The notes under the pieces are model-generated. The model ran no database searches and was not told the origin of the DNA. It was given only the letters and a program-made list of their open reading frames with translations. From IMG/VR virus record IMGVR_UViG_3300026078_000022, positions 38,002 to 102,001 of that record: a stretch of 64,000 nt of DNA. One strand, given 5' to 3'. Made by a program: the position numbers and the translations under genes. Positions 29,963-39,477 of this stretch are shown piece by piece; the first letter of the stretch is position 1; every line of letters starts with the position of its first letter. This stretch comes from a virus.

Positions 29963-30772
29963 CTACATAATTTTTATATAATCATTTCGATACTGCTCTA
30001 ACCAGTTTATTTCTTCTTCAGTAGGATTAAGGTTCTCTTTTATTTCGTTTAATACCAAAGGCCAATTTTCATTTGAATAACCTTTCCGGGGCATGTGGCA
30101 ATCTATTCTTTCGGTTTCTTTGTGGCTTGCTACCCACGCTGAACGATCTATACGGCCTATTGGGTAGTCTGAATGAGGGGACTTGCCGCGATTAACATAC
30201 ACTATTTCATTATGATATAAGCCTAATGATGCGGTTAATATCTCTTGATCTATTACCCATTTATCAGTGCAAACTATTGTATAGTAATCTAAATCACAAT
30301 CTATATCCATCGTGACATTCCCCGTCAACGACATTATTTCGCGCCATTTTTCGGGTGAGGCTGCCGCGTAGCAGATCGGATAATGTTCATCAGACAAATC
30401 TTTACCATATACCGTTATTTTATCCCGCGCTGGATTCCAGTAATTTGATAAAGGAAGCATATCAACATCTCCTGTCATAATCACTTCATATTCTGGTACG
30501 GCTAAATTGCCTGCATATAACCTTGAGCACTGCGTATAAAGAACTTCATTTTCTTCTGAACAACTGAATGTAATGATAGTAAGTGCTGGGGCATAGGGCG
30601 CTTTATCAATTATGGATGATAAGACGAAATTCCTTTTTTTGTTTTCTTTCCCCGGCATCATACAAATAACATCCCATCCTATTTTTTGCCAAGCAAAATG
30701 AATCAATGGCAGGAAAAAAAAATAATTATCACTATAGTTTGTAGATACTACTACTGCTCTTTTATTTCTCAC
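29963..30772 (-). CDS. GT-A-like glycosyltransferase
   Basis: MTGDVDMLP (DxD), W..DQ, RIDR, DCH motifs. Confidence 0.65.
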   Translation of the reverse strand: MRNKRAVVVSTNYSDNYFFFLPLIHFAWQKIGWDVICMMPGKENKKRNFVLSSIIDKAPYAPALTIITFSCSEENEVLYTQCSRLYAGNLAVPEYEVIMTGDVDMLPLSNYWNPARDKITVYGKDLSDEHYPICYAAASPEKWREIMSLTGNVTMDIDCDLDYYTIVCTDKWVIDQEILTASLGLYHNEIVYVNRGKSPHSDYPIGRIDRSAWVASHKETERIDCHMPRKGYSNENWPLVLNEIKENLNPTEEEINWLEQYRNDYIKIM

Positions 30773-30984
30773 TTAAACTTTTTAAACTTAATTAATACTC
30801 CATTATCTTGATATGCATTGAATTGGTGACCTAAGAATGAATAATATTGATTCAAAATCTGTATTAGCTCTTTAGCAAACATGTCAAATTTGCCTTGATC
30901 GGTTTCGATGGATATCAGATTTGCGTCACGGCCATCCCCCAGAACTTTTATTTTGCTTATTTTTGTAATCTCATTCATTTGCAT
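30769..30984 (-). CDS. Hypothetical protein
   Basis: Coupled ORF. Confidence 0.5.
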   Translation of the reverse strand: MQMNEITKISKIKVLGDGRDANLISIETDQGKFDMFAKELIQILNQYYSFLGHQFNAYQDNGVLIKFKKFK

Positions 30985-31792
30985 ACCAATAAAACACTCT
31001 TGGATACCTTTTTGCTATTTCTTCGAAACCATTTTCTTTGTCGTGCCGAAAGAAAAACCTTCGTGTTTCAAGTTCCACTACTCCCGCTGATCCGATGTGT
31101 CGACAACAAAGATTTGATTCGTACAATTTAGGATTAACCCCATCCAGCACCACATTAGCTATTTCATTCTTTACTATGGCTTCCCCGTTTCCTTTTTCAC
31201 CATTCAGGTAATGACAGAACATTTGATTTTTATATTCTGGATAAAGAACGGCATTCATAAATTGTTGATCTGTTCCATGTCCGTTTATTGCTACCGGAGA
31301 TTTACTTAGCATGTTCTCCCATGTGCCGTATTTTTCACGGATAGGTTTTGCTCTAAAAGCTGTCATTCCTCCCATTAAACCTGTACCATGCATAGGATCA
31401 TCTGTAATAGCGTGTACTGTCATTCCTGAGTTAACGAACTCCTGTACACATTTTCGTTCCCGCATCGTCAAGATTGCGTCAGCGTCCCGTGAAACTACCG
31501 TGTCGGCATTGTCCCAAAAGATTGGAGAAAGCCTTAGCAACATCATTTTGCACAATGGCATCATTTCATAAATACTAAAGGCTATTCCATAGTGTTCTTT
31601 CAATCCGTAGAATATATTATCATAATCACTGAAAGTTCCACTATCTACAGAAACTGATACGAGATAATCCGGGTAAAGCAATTTCGCCATCCTTGTATTC
31701 CAATACAAACCCCTCATGTAATGAGCAAACAGCCAAAAATTCTCCTTAGTAGTCTGCCGTGAACCGAAAATGCTAAAAGACAATATTTTCAT
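30971..31792 (-). CDS. GT-A-like glycosyltransferase
   Basis: ILSFSIFG, SRDAD (DxD), LMGGM, DQQFM motifs. Confidence 0.65.
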   Translation of the reverse strand: MKILSFSIFGSRQTTKENFWLFAHYMRGLYWNTRMAKLLYPDYLVSVSVDSGTFSDYDNIFYGLKEHYGIAFSIYEMMPLCKMMLLRLSPIFWDNADTVVSRDADAILTMRERKCVQEFVNSGMTVHAITDDPMHGTGLMGGMTAFRAKPIREKYGTWENMLSKSPVAINGHGTDQQFMNAVLYPEYKNQMFCHYLNGEKGNGEAIVKNEIANVVLDGVNPKLYESNLCCRHIGSAGVVELETRRFFFRHDKENGFEEIAKRYPRVFYWYANE

Positions 31793-31800
31793 GGATACAA

Positions 31801-32037
31801 CTAGTTTTTATCTGAATTTGAATCTTTTATAATTGTTTTGGTAGGATGAATTAAGCCTGCATCCTTCATCATTTTAGCCATTTCTTGTTCCGTTTTCCCA
31901 TGAAAAATAACTACTTCGTAATCAAATAATCCCAACTCTTTTAGGTTGAATTTTATTGGTTGATCGTTGGTTAGCCTTTTTACATTTTCATCACTAAGAC
32001 CTAACATTATCATATTGCCTTTTAATGCTTTTATCAT
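31801..32037 (-). CDS. Hypothetical protein
   Basis: Coupled ORF; LGLSDENVKRL..QPI. Confidence 0.55.
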   Translation of the reverse strand: MIKALKGNMIMLGLSDENVKRLTNDQPIKFNLKELGLFDYEVVIFHGKTEQEMAKMMKDAGLIHPTKTIIKDSNSDKN

Positions 32038-32912
32038 ACTATATGTATTTTAAACTCTACGGGTAATTCTTTTAATTGAAACCCTGCCGCCTTTTTATGG
32101 CCGCCGCCGCCTTTAGACTTTGCTATGACTGAACAATCAATTTCATCCTTAGTGGTGTATAATGAAAACGTCCAGTGCTTGCCGGTAAAGACGAATGGAA
32201 TCATTAAGTCATGTAGTTCAGGATTATAAACAGAATCAAATACCTGAGAGTTTGCACCACCGTTATTTAAGCATATGGCCCGTAACCCTTCAAATTCAAT
32301 CTCAAAAGAAGATCGGCACGCTCTTTCGTTCTGTTGTTTTTGATATGTTAATATTGTCTTCCCGGAATTAACTACATTATAAATAGCATTATCCGTAATA
32401 ATGTCATGGTTATTAAATAACTCTTGCGGGAATGTTTCTGCCGAATTACATACCATTCTCATACCATATTGGAAAGGCATAATCATGTTATCCCATCGTT
32501 CCTTATCTTGATTTCTCCATGTATCATATTCACCTAATAACTTAACTGCGGTAGGCATTTCTTCATCGGGGAATAAGTATTTCCACCCACCCTCACATGC
32601 TGCTATGCCGTTTTCAAGAACCGGATTTATCCCACCCAATTCAATATTATTTTGACTTTTATAATCATTTATAGCTGAGATATGATGATCTATCCATGTA
32701 AGATTATGATTTGAATGGTTTGACAGTTGCGCCATTTTATCCATTGGAAGCGAAACATCAATCATTATAATTGGCTCACCGGCTGGTATTTGCTCCATTG
32801 GTAATTCTTGCCCATAATCATACCCGATTAACTTTGCTTCAGGATATTTTCGTTTGACAATAGCACCCGAACAATAACCATCTAAATCTTTTGAATGATA
32901 AATACAAATCAT
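32034..32912 (-). CDS. DHH/DHHA1 family phosphoesterase
   Basis: H..DLDG, ID, WIDHH, GGGGHKKAAG. Confidence 0.9.
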   Translation of the reverse strand: MICIYHSKDLDGYCSGAIVKRKYPEAKLIGYDYGQELPMEQIPAGEPIIMIDVSLPMDKMAQLSNHSNHNLTWIDHHISAINDYKSQNNIELGGINPVLENGIAACEGGWKYLFPDEEMPTAVKLLGEYDTWRNQDKERWDNMIMPFQYGMRMVCNSAETFPQELFNNHDIITDNAIYNVVNSGKTILTYQKQQNERACRSSFEIEFEGLRAICLNNGGANSQVFDSVYNPELHDLMIPFVFTGKHWTFSLYTTKDEIDCSVIAKSKGGGGHKKAAGFQLKELPVEFKIHIV

Positions 32913-32928
32913 ATTAATTTTTTAGTGT

Positions 32929-33519
32929 TTAAATACCATTTACTTTAGTCCTATCTAAGTAATAATAGAAAGGTTCTGTGATTTCATATTCGTTTTTCAA
33001 AACACCACTTGCGTGTAGCGCTTCGCTCCATTTTCCGTCTTCCCCCCATGATTGATCTGGGAATTTAATATCGTTAATCAATGATAATTTTATACACGAA
33101 ATATGGTTAGGATTCCTGTAATAACCCTTATCATCATCCCACCACCGGTCATATTTGATACTATGGTAAAATAGGTGTTTATTAGGATTTGTATAACCGT
33201 TAACTGAATAAACACCGACCAAACTATTACAATCGAAATCTCCGTACACTCCCGGCATGTTTAAATCTAGGTAATTTATGCTTACTAAGTCGTCATCATC
33301 ACAGAAACATCGGTGCGTGCATCCGGCATCAATAGCCATTTCAGTTAACTTGTTACGCTTCCAACCTGTTGTCATGTTTCGGTTATCTCCTAAAATAAAT
33401 AGCTTTACATCATCCTTGTAGTTTTCTATTTGGGGCATTAAAACATCGAGTAACCGTTGCAGAAATTTTTCACGCCCTACAAAGGTAGGTATCAGGATTG
33501 CCAAGCTATTTTTGCTCAT
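32929..33519 (-). CDS. Glycosyltransferase family 2
   Basis: AILIPT, GWKRN, FCDDDD, GED. Confidence 0.85.
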   Translation of the reverse strand: MSKNSLAILIPTFVGREKFLQRLLDVLMPQIENYKDDVKLFILGDNRNMTTGWKRNKLTEMAIDAGCTHRCFCDDDDLVSINYLDLNMPGVYGDFDCNSLVGVYSVNGYTNPNKHLFYHSIKYDRWWDDDKGYYRNPNHISCIKLSLINDIKFPDQSWGEDGKWSEALHASGVLKNEYEITEPFYYYLDRTKVNGI

Positions 33520-34243
33520 TTGATATTCTTTTATCCATGTAAAATTTTACTTCCTCCGGCATAAAGACGGGGTTTTCGACATAAAATCCATGCGACATTC
33601 TTTCAAAGTAAGTTTGTGTATCAATCTCTCCTAATGGGTTATTTTTTCGGTAGGTTTCGTCATTTGGCATTCCTGATATATTACCGGGATGGATGTGATT
33701 GTAATAAACAGTTGGAAAATATTTATATCGCCCTCTCATTTGTGCCGTGTACATGGCCTCTACGTCACATGAGACTGAATAATACGCCGGATTATAAGTG
33801 AACCCATCCCGCTTGAAATAATCGTAGCCACATACGTTTAACGTAGGAATTGCTTCGTTTACGAACCCGTCCGGGAAATGGGCAAAGAAGTCTGTACTAT
33901 CCCCCCATTCACATCTTATATCATTTAACATTTTTTCGTCCCATGAATTTACGATGAATTTTATGTCGTCCGACATCGTTACGCACCACGTCCACGGGGC
34001 AGCATGTTCAAAATCTCTATTTATAGCTGCAACCTTTGATATTGGTTCACCTATTTTTATTTTAACGTTGGGGAATTGGTACGCTTTTTCTAAAATTTCT
34101 GAAGCTAATGTAGCTGAATCATCTTTATCAAGCGACACTAAAATTTGATATTCTTTTGTAGCTATTGTTCTGGTTATGTTCTCCAAAGTCTGAAGAAATA
34201 ATTTCGGCCTGCCTCTTGATGCATATTTCAATAATAAATTCAT
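33506..34243 (-). CDS. Glycosyltransferase family 2-like
   Basis: KYASRGRP, SKVAAIN, SDD, YNP.Y.SV.CD.E, H.HP. Confidence 0.8.
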   Translation of the reverse strand: MNLLLKYASRGRPKLFLQTLENITRTIATKEYQILVSLDKDDSATLASEILEKAYQFPNVKIKIGEPISKVAAINRDFEHAAPWTWCVTMSDDIKFIVNSWDEKMLNDIRCEWGDSTDFFAHFPDGFVNEAIPTLNVCGYDYFKRDGFTYNPAYYSVSCDVEAMYTAQMRGRYKYFPTVYYNHIHPGNISGMPNDETYRKNNPLGEIDTQTYFERMSHGFYVENPVFMPEEVKFYMDKRISNEQK

Positions 34244-34257
34244 AGTTGCTACAAATA

Positions 34258-34379
34258 AAAAACTCCCTGAAAAGGTGCAGTGGATATCTAATAAATTTAG
34301 GTATATATCCTCCTTTCCAGAGAGTTTTTCTTTAATGTCTTTTACCTAAACTTATTTATATCACTGCGTTGCTAAAGTA
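34258..34379 (-). promoter_or_regulatory. Promoter and attenuator-like leader with interleaved stems
   Basis: TACTTTAG box at 34379-34372; 34343-34367 pairs with 34277-34303; 34312-34329 pairs with 34258-34275, then a U-tract. Confidence 0.6.
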
Positions 34380-34388
34380 GAGATATTT

Positions 34389-35063
34389 TCAATACAAACC
34401 AAAATTTTGATCCCGGCGCTGGATGTATAATTGGTTATCCGTTGCCTGCCAATTTAAATTCATATTTCGGAAATATAATTCATCTTTTGGGAGGGAATGA
34501 ATAAACGCCGGGTGTTCGTGGATAAAGATATTAACTGGCCTAAACCAATATTTATTAAGCATTCTAACGATTCTGGTAAATTCATCATCACAATACATCG
34601 AAAGGTAAATCGGGTTATAAATGTAACCGAAGTATTCATATAATTTTCTACCCATGATACTTAACACTATAGTATCACATCGTGAATACTTTTCTGGGTA
34701 ATGAAGCGCCCCGTCAAGATTAGGGAAATATTTCTCAAAGGATTTTATAATTTCTAGGTCAAATCCCTCCATAATAAATTTTTGATCATCTGATACATTT
34801 ATCAATATGTCAAAATCTACTATTTCATTTACATCAGCGTTTATGGCTTGGATCTTCGTTTTATTATCAGAGAAATTATATACTACTTTTGGGTAATCCT
34901 GTAGCTTAAGTTTAAAGTCTTTGTTATTATAGCAAATGTCATCGTTATCAAAAGAACACAGGATTATGAAATCATCATGTCGTGCTAATGAATGGATATT
35001 GTCAAGCACTTCAAAAAACTTACGGGGACGGCTTCGAGAAGCAAATTTGTATAGTAATTTCAT
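34389..35063 (-). CDS. Glycosyltransferase family 2-like (paralog of 33506-34243)
   Basis: KFASRSRP, TKIQAIN, SDD, YNP.Y.SMYCDDE, HEHP. Confidence 0.8.
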   Translation of the reverse strand: MKLLYKFASRSRPRKFFEVLDNIHSLARHDDFIILCSFDNDDICYNNKDFKLKLQDYPKVVYNFSDNKTKIQAINADVNEIVDFDILINVSDDQKFIMEGFDLEIIKSFEKYFPNLDGALHYPEKYSRCDTIVLSIMGRKLYEYFGYIYNPIYLSMYCDDEFTRIVRMLNKYWFRPVNIFIHEHPAFIHSLPKDELYFRNMNLNWQATDNQLYIQRRDQNFGLY

Positions 35064-35332
35064 ATTCCGGGTTTACTTTCCTTTATTAATCCGATTTTGA
35101 TGTAATCCGGTTCAAATAGGCCATATTGAAGCTCATGGCTTGTGGTTAGAACAATTTTTTCTTTGTGTATATATTCTAATGTTCTACCTGTGAGGCCGCC
35201 GTTTATTAATAAAGCTCCTATAATCTTTTTGCTAGCAAGTAACATTTCATTCGTATCTACCTCTTCGGCCTTTTGTTTTAGGTAGTGATATTCTTGTAAA
35301 TCTATGGTCACTTTTGGCTTATCGAATTGCAT
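35060..35332 (-). CDS. Hypothetical protein
   Basis: Coupled ORF. Confidence 0.55.
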   Translation of the reverse strand: MQFDKPKVTIDLQEYHYLKQKAEEVDTNEMLLASKKIIGALLINGGLTGRTLEYIHKEKIVLTTSHELQYGLFEPDYIKIGLIKESKPGI

Positions 35333-35485
35333 AACTAAGTTTTTAATTTCTGAAGAAACAACCTCAGGCTCATATCCGCATAAAAACCTGAGGTCATTTA
35401 AGCATACCTAATAAAAATATTGAGGGGGAGGTTTACAATACTTAATTATCCATTTAATTTGAGGCATAGTTTTTAATTGAAAGTA

Positions 35486-35860
35486 TCAGTATTTTTTACC
35501 ATGCATATGGGGTCGCGTTTCATTATACCTCATTTTTTGCTTAATGTGCCACTCAATGTCAACCCCTCTTGAATAGGCTAAATCCATAACTCTTATCATT
35601 ACGTCGGCTAATTCATCCTCAAACGTATTTTTAACTTCGTCTTTAAATACTTTATTAAATTCATCATTGGGAATATTATCCATGAATGGGGGTAGCCTAT
35701 CTGACCAATCAGAAAATCTATTTTCCCTATCGGATTCCATAGCTTCAGATACTTCACTGACTATCAACATCAGCATTTCACCCAAGTTCCTTTCCTTATC
35801 CCAAAAACCCTTAGCTTTTGCATTTTCATGTATTTGTTTGGATAGTTCTTGTATTGACAT
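35486..35860 (-). CDS. MazG-like nucleotide pyrophosphohydrolase
   Basis: SEVSEAME...EDELADVMIR...KMRYNETRP..HGK. Confidence 0.85.
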   Translation of the reverse strand: MSIQELSKQIHENAKAKGFWDKERNLGEMLMLIVSEVSEAMESDRENRFSDWSDRLPPFMDNIPNDEFNKVFKDEVKNTFEDELADVMIRVMDLAYSRGVDIEWHIKQKMRYNETRPHMHGKKY

Positions 35861-35872
35861 TTAAAATATTTT

Positions 35873-36079
35873 TTAATCTACGTACATAAAACTTTTAGTT
35901 CCATCATAGTTAGGTTTGTTATTGCTAACTAGGCTTAGGGGCATTGGGTATTTGCGTGAAAACTCTTCGCGCGTGTATTGTTTATCACCTTCTATGAAAT
36001 ATCCTTTACCTGTTGAATCTATTTTGAATGGGGTGTTTAGTAGGATATCTTTTCTTTCTAAGTAGGAATTAATTGTCAT
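35873..36079 (-). CDS. Hypothetical protein
   Basis: Coupled ORF. Confidence 0.5.
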   Translation of the reverse strand: MTINSYLERKDILLNTPFKIDSTGKGYFIEGDKQYTREEFSRKYPMPLSLVSNNKPNYDGTKSFMYVD

Positions 36080-36082
36080 GGT

Positions 36083-36388
36083 TTACTTACGGGGTTTAGT
36101 ACTATCTTTTTTCTGTTCTAATTGAAGTTGTGCATTTACCTGAGTACCGATAACGCTTTGTAGGGGAGTAAGTAAAGAGTCAGACATAAAGGCTACTTGT
36201 TTTGCTGGAAGATCAGTTTGCTTTAGTTGTCCTTTGATGTATTCAAGTTCGTTTGTTATTTGAACCCAGTTTTGAAGTGGTAACGTTACTGAATATTTTT
36301 TTTCTGGTGGTGGATATGTTACTTTAATAGCCCATGTCCATGCCGAAGCAGCTACAAGTATTCCGATAAATAAAAGTGTTCTGCGCAT
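36083..36388 (-). CDS. Secreted/membrane-anchored hypothetical protein
   Basis: N-terminal signal peptide MRRTLLFIGILVAASA. Confidence 0.55.
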   Translation of the reverse strand: MRRTLLFIGILVAASAWTWAIKVTYPPPEKKYSVTLPLQNWVQITNELEYIKGQLKQTDLPAKQVAFMSDSLLTPLQSVIGTQVNAQLQLEQKKDSTKPRK

Positions 36389-36401
36389 GTATTTATTTGT
36401 T

Positions 36402-36707
36402 TTATGAGTTTGCGATTTTTAATAAAATATCTCCATGACAATCAGCCCCTTCCTTACACCAACACGCTACATCTTTCCCTTTCAATTCTTCTTTTATTAT
36501 TTTCTTAAGTTTGACAGAACTATTCACGTAATACTTGAAAGATGTAATACAATCAAATACATCTTCGCATTTTCTTCCTAAAAATCGTGAATAAACTCCC
36601 TCCTTATATGGGTTACCCCATTTACCGGGCCTTGTTACTGAAACCGTGTTTTCAGGCATTCTCCATCCTTTTGTCCTTTTACGTTGTATACGCTTAGGCA
36701 TATTCAT
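36402..36707 (-). CDS. DUF4326 domain protein
   Basis: RIQRKRTKGWRMP, RPGKWGNPY, LKGKDVACWC...CHGD. Confidence 0.85.
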   Translation of the reverse strand: MNMPKRIQRKRTKGWRMPENTVSVTRPGKWGNPYKEGVYSRFLGRKCEDVFDCITSFKYYVNSSVKLKKIIKEELKGKDVACWCKEGADCHGDILLKIANS

Positions 36708-36912
36708 TTAATTTTAAAGATTCTATGAGTGTCTTTAAAGGTATAAATTCCTCCATTCCCATTAAACACAAAACTTCATCTACTTTACACTGATATCTTG
36801 CTACGATTCCTTGAAGCTCTGTACTTGGATCTATTAACAACTGTTTCTCAAAATAGCGAAGTTGAGAAGACGAGAATATTAGTTTAGCTACAAGATCAGG
36901 GGTTATTCTCAT
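36694..36912 (-). CDS. Hypothetical protein
   Basis: Coupled ORF. Confidence 0.5.
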   Translation of the reverse strand: MRITPDLVAKLIFSSSQLRYFEKQLLIDPSTELQGIVARYQCKVDEVLCLMGMEEFIPLKTLIESLKLNEYA

Positions 36913-36918
36913 TCGTTT

Positions 36919-37578
36919 TCATTTAAAAAAATCTAATTGCGCTGTTTGTTCCTTAAATCGTTTGTTTCCTGCTTCAAAATAATTTGTGTCAATTTCCCAA
37001 CCCCAATAATCAAAGCCCATTTGATAAGCTGCTATACGAGATGATTGGCTACCCATGTGTGTATCTAAAATTTTATCAGCGGCTTTGGCATATTTGCTCA
37101 ATAACCATTTATATAATCTTAGTGGTTTTTGGTTTGGGTGTATTAATATATCCTTTTCTTTCATGTTTTCTTGTAACATCCCCTGCCAAGTATGCTTAAC
37201 TTTCCTAACTGCTGTTTTAAAAGATGTCCATGCTAATTCACAGTCGGAAAAATCAGTATCCCCATTATTTTTATCCCATACGATCCAACATGGACTATCA
37301 AATGGCAATCTGCTTATAAAGTGATTTGCGCCCCATATAACTTGATTTTTACTTACTCGGAATAATTCGGAAAAATATTCAGCCGGCGGCGGCTGGTTAT
37401 CATACCTTTTATTTCCCCTATAGTCTTTTACTTTTGCCAATTTGCCCCGTGTGTGGTTATTTCTCCCATCTTCTCCAATACCATATGGGGGATCTATAAT
37501 TGCCAGATCAAAGTACTTTTCCGGGTATCGTGCCATACCGATCATATTATCTTCATTATATACTTCGCTTATTGGCAT
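36919..37578 (-). CDS. DNA N6-adenine/N4-cytosine methyltransferase (beta class)
   Basis: DPPY, HPNQKP, ILDTHMGSQS. Confidence 0.9.
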   Translation of the reverse strand: MPISEVYNEDNMIGMARYPEKYFDLAIIDPPYGIGEDGRNNHTRGKLAKVKDYRGNKRYDNQPPPAEYFSELFRVSKNQVIWGANHFISRLPFDSPCWIVWDKNNGDTDFSDCELAWTSFKTAVRKVKHTWQGMLQENMKEKDILIHPNQKPLRLYKWLLSKYAKAADKILDTHMGSQSSRIAAYQMGFDYWGWEIDTNYFEAGNKRFKEQTAQLDFFK

Positions 37579-37922
37579 TTATTTTCATTTAAAAAATATT
37601 CAATTACATAAAATGTTTTGGCTATTTCGATCATTCGTTTTTTATCGTTTGTCTTGTTTAGACATATTTCTTTTACAAAGGCCCACATTTGTTCTTTTAC
37701 TTCCCGTTCTAATTCTTCTATTGGTTTTAATTTTTTATGCCCTTTTAAAACTGAATAAATCCAACACATTATATGCCTTCTACAATTACCTACTATTACA
37801 TCTTCAGTATAGGCTACGTTATTGTTTTCAAATAAGGTAGTTTCCTTTCGGCCTATCCTTTCCATGCATTCTAGCCATATCCGATCTGCTAATTGATATT
37901 TATTTTCTTCTATCGGGGCCAC
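37569..37922 (-). CDS. Hypothetical protein
   Basis: ORF between ATPase and methyltransferase; start uncertain. Confidence 0.5.
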   Translation of the reverse strand: MAPIEENKYQLADRIWLECMERIGRKETTLFENNNVAYTEDVIVGNCRRHIMCWIYSVLKGHKKLKPIEELEREVKEQMWAFVKEICLNKTNDKKRMIEIAKTFYVIEYFLNENKCQ

Positions 37923-38745
37923 TTAGTTCAATGAAATTTACCTGTTCTCTTAGTCTACTTGTTACTCTGCCGCCATAAAATTGCTCAAACTGTTTTACTG
38001 TTAAATTGGTGGTGCCATGAAGCCATACACCCATTAATTTATTGACATACCTAGCTTCAATTATATCTCCTATAACATTCACCTTATTGCCGTAATTATT
38101 TTTTACGTCTTCAGCCCCAATATCCTCAATACATAGTCCGGAATGCTGTTGAAAAAATACAGCCGGATCATTAAAAGCGTTCTTGATTATAACTTTATGT
38201 CTTTCAATTGCTTCTTCGCCGCCATGCTGATATGAAATTGATATATCCTTTGCTTGTTCTACATGGAATACCTGCCGATTGTTTTTTCGAAAAAGGCTCA
38301 TCAGCCACGTCTTACCAACTCCGAAATTTCCGGCTAAAAATATTCCCTTATCTAAAGATGGGTTGTTTATTTTTAATTCTGGTGCTAAAGCTAAAAACTC
38401 TTTGCTTTTGCTGAAATAATGACACAATAAATTAAATACTAATTCATTATGGTCATCCAAAATAAACTTACCCTCAAATAATGTTTCTGCTCTATACAGC
38501 ATAAATGATCTAGTCTGCTCATACGTCCACCCCTTTTCAGTAAATATTTTCCTGTTTTGTTCTGCTATTCGATCGCGTTCCTTTTGCTCAAGGATTGCGG
38601 ATTTTTTTCTTTTAGCCCATATCATGGCTTCTCTTATTTCATCTTCCGTTAAATCAATATGGTTAAAACTGTCCAAAACCTCCTGAAGTGACATTTCCGG
38701 CAGGTCTAGGTTTTTCTTGATTAATTCTTGTATTTGTTGTGCCAT
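37900..38745 (-). CDS. P-loop ATPase, DnaC/IstB-like helicase loader
   Basis: GNFGVGKT, LCIEDIG, TTNL, YGGRVTSRLRE, GPDRR. Confidence 0.85.
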   Translation of the reverse strand: MAQQIQELIKKNLDLPEMSLQEVLDSFNHIDLTEDEIREAMIWAKRKKSAILEQKERDRIAEQNRKIFTEKGWTYEQTRSFMLYRAETLFEGKFILDDHNELVFNLLCHYFSKSKEFLALAPELKINNPSLDKGIFLAGNFGVGKTWLMSLFRKNNRQVFHVEQAKDISISYQHGGEEAIERHKVIIKNAFNDPAVFFQQHSGLCIEDIGAEDVKNNYGNKVNVIGDIIEARYVNKLMGVWLHGTTNLTVKQFEQFYGGRVTSRLREQVNFIELSGPDRRK

Positions 38746-39004
38746 TTGTTAATGGTTTAAGTTCAAACAATCCCTGCCACCCGTTTTCTAGTGACTGGTC
38801 AATAATCTTAATAGCGGTTTCCGGGTTATCAAGGCTTATCCTTTTTAGCTTGGTAAATGTAGCTTTTAAGCCCGTAGGCGCGTAGGCGGCTAACCTTCGC
38901 TCTTTTCTGTATTGAAGCCATTCTTGCCATTTTTCAATGAATCCATCGTGATTAAAAGGTATTTGTACTCCATTGTCTTTAAGGTTTGATTTAGGTATAG
39001 ACAT
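38663..39004 (-). CDS. Replisome organiser/initiator C-terminal domain (stand-alone)
   Basis: KWQEWLQYRKE...AIKIIDQSLENGWQGLFELK, directly upstream of the DnaC-like gene. Confidence 0.75.
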   Translation of the reverse strand: MSIPKSNLKDNGVQIPFNHDGFIEKWQEWLQYRKERRLAAYAPTGLKATFTKLKRISLDNPETAIKIIDQSLENGWQGLFELKPLTNGTTNTRINQEKPRPAGNVTSGGFGQF

Positions 39005-39008
39005 AATT

Positions 39009-39461
39009 TTAGGAATTTAAAACAGGATGATATATTAAATCATGTAGTATTTGCTCTTTAAGATTATGAGTTTTATTATATCGGATTAACTTAACGCCTA
39101 AACGTTTTAATAATTGCTCTTTACCAATATCATTATTAATTTCCTTTACACTTTCAAAATGTTGATGTCCGTCGTATTCAATAACTAAGTCAAGTAAAGG
39201 GATATAAAAATCAAATCTTTTCTTTAGATCAAAAGATACTTCACTGAAAAATCTTAAATTTTGTCCCTTTAAAATTGCCGCAATCTCTATTTCTTTTTGT
39301 GAACCTGAGAATTTACCTTTCCAAACAAAAAAAGATCTACGCATATATTCCACAGGCATCCATCGACCATAAGTTTTTTGAATATCCACATTTAATTGAT
39401 TACACTCTTTAGCCTTATCTCTATTCCTTCTTCTCTTTTCATAATTTTTACCATGTTTCAT
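39009..39461 (-). CDS. DUF559/Vsr-like endonuclease
   Basis: FDFYIP..LVIEYDGHQH...D..KE..L...GVKLIR. Confidence 0.8.
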   Translation of the reverse strand: MKHGKNYEKRRRNRDKAKECNQLNVDIQKTYGRWMPVEYMRRSFFVWKGKFSGSQKEIEIAAILKGQNLRFFSEVSFDLKKRFDFYIPLLDLVIEYDGHQHFESVKEINNDIGKEQLLKRLGVKLIRYNKTHNLKEQILHDLIYHPVLNS

Positions 39462-39477
39462 TCTTATTCTATTTTTT

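Noticed and set aside
347-38414. Many short ORFs antisense to longer genes (e.g. 4428-4793, 9681-9962, 12070-12756, 14584-14910, 25385-25723, 37442-37840)
   Set aside because: Shadows of longer motif-bearing genes on the opposite strand
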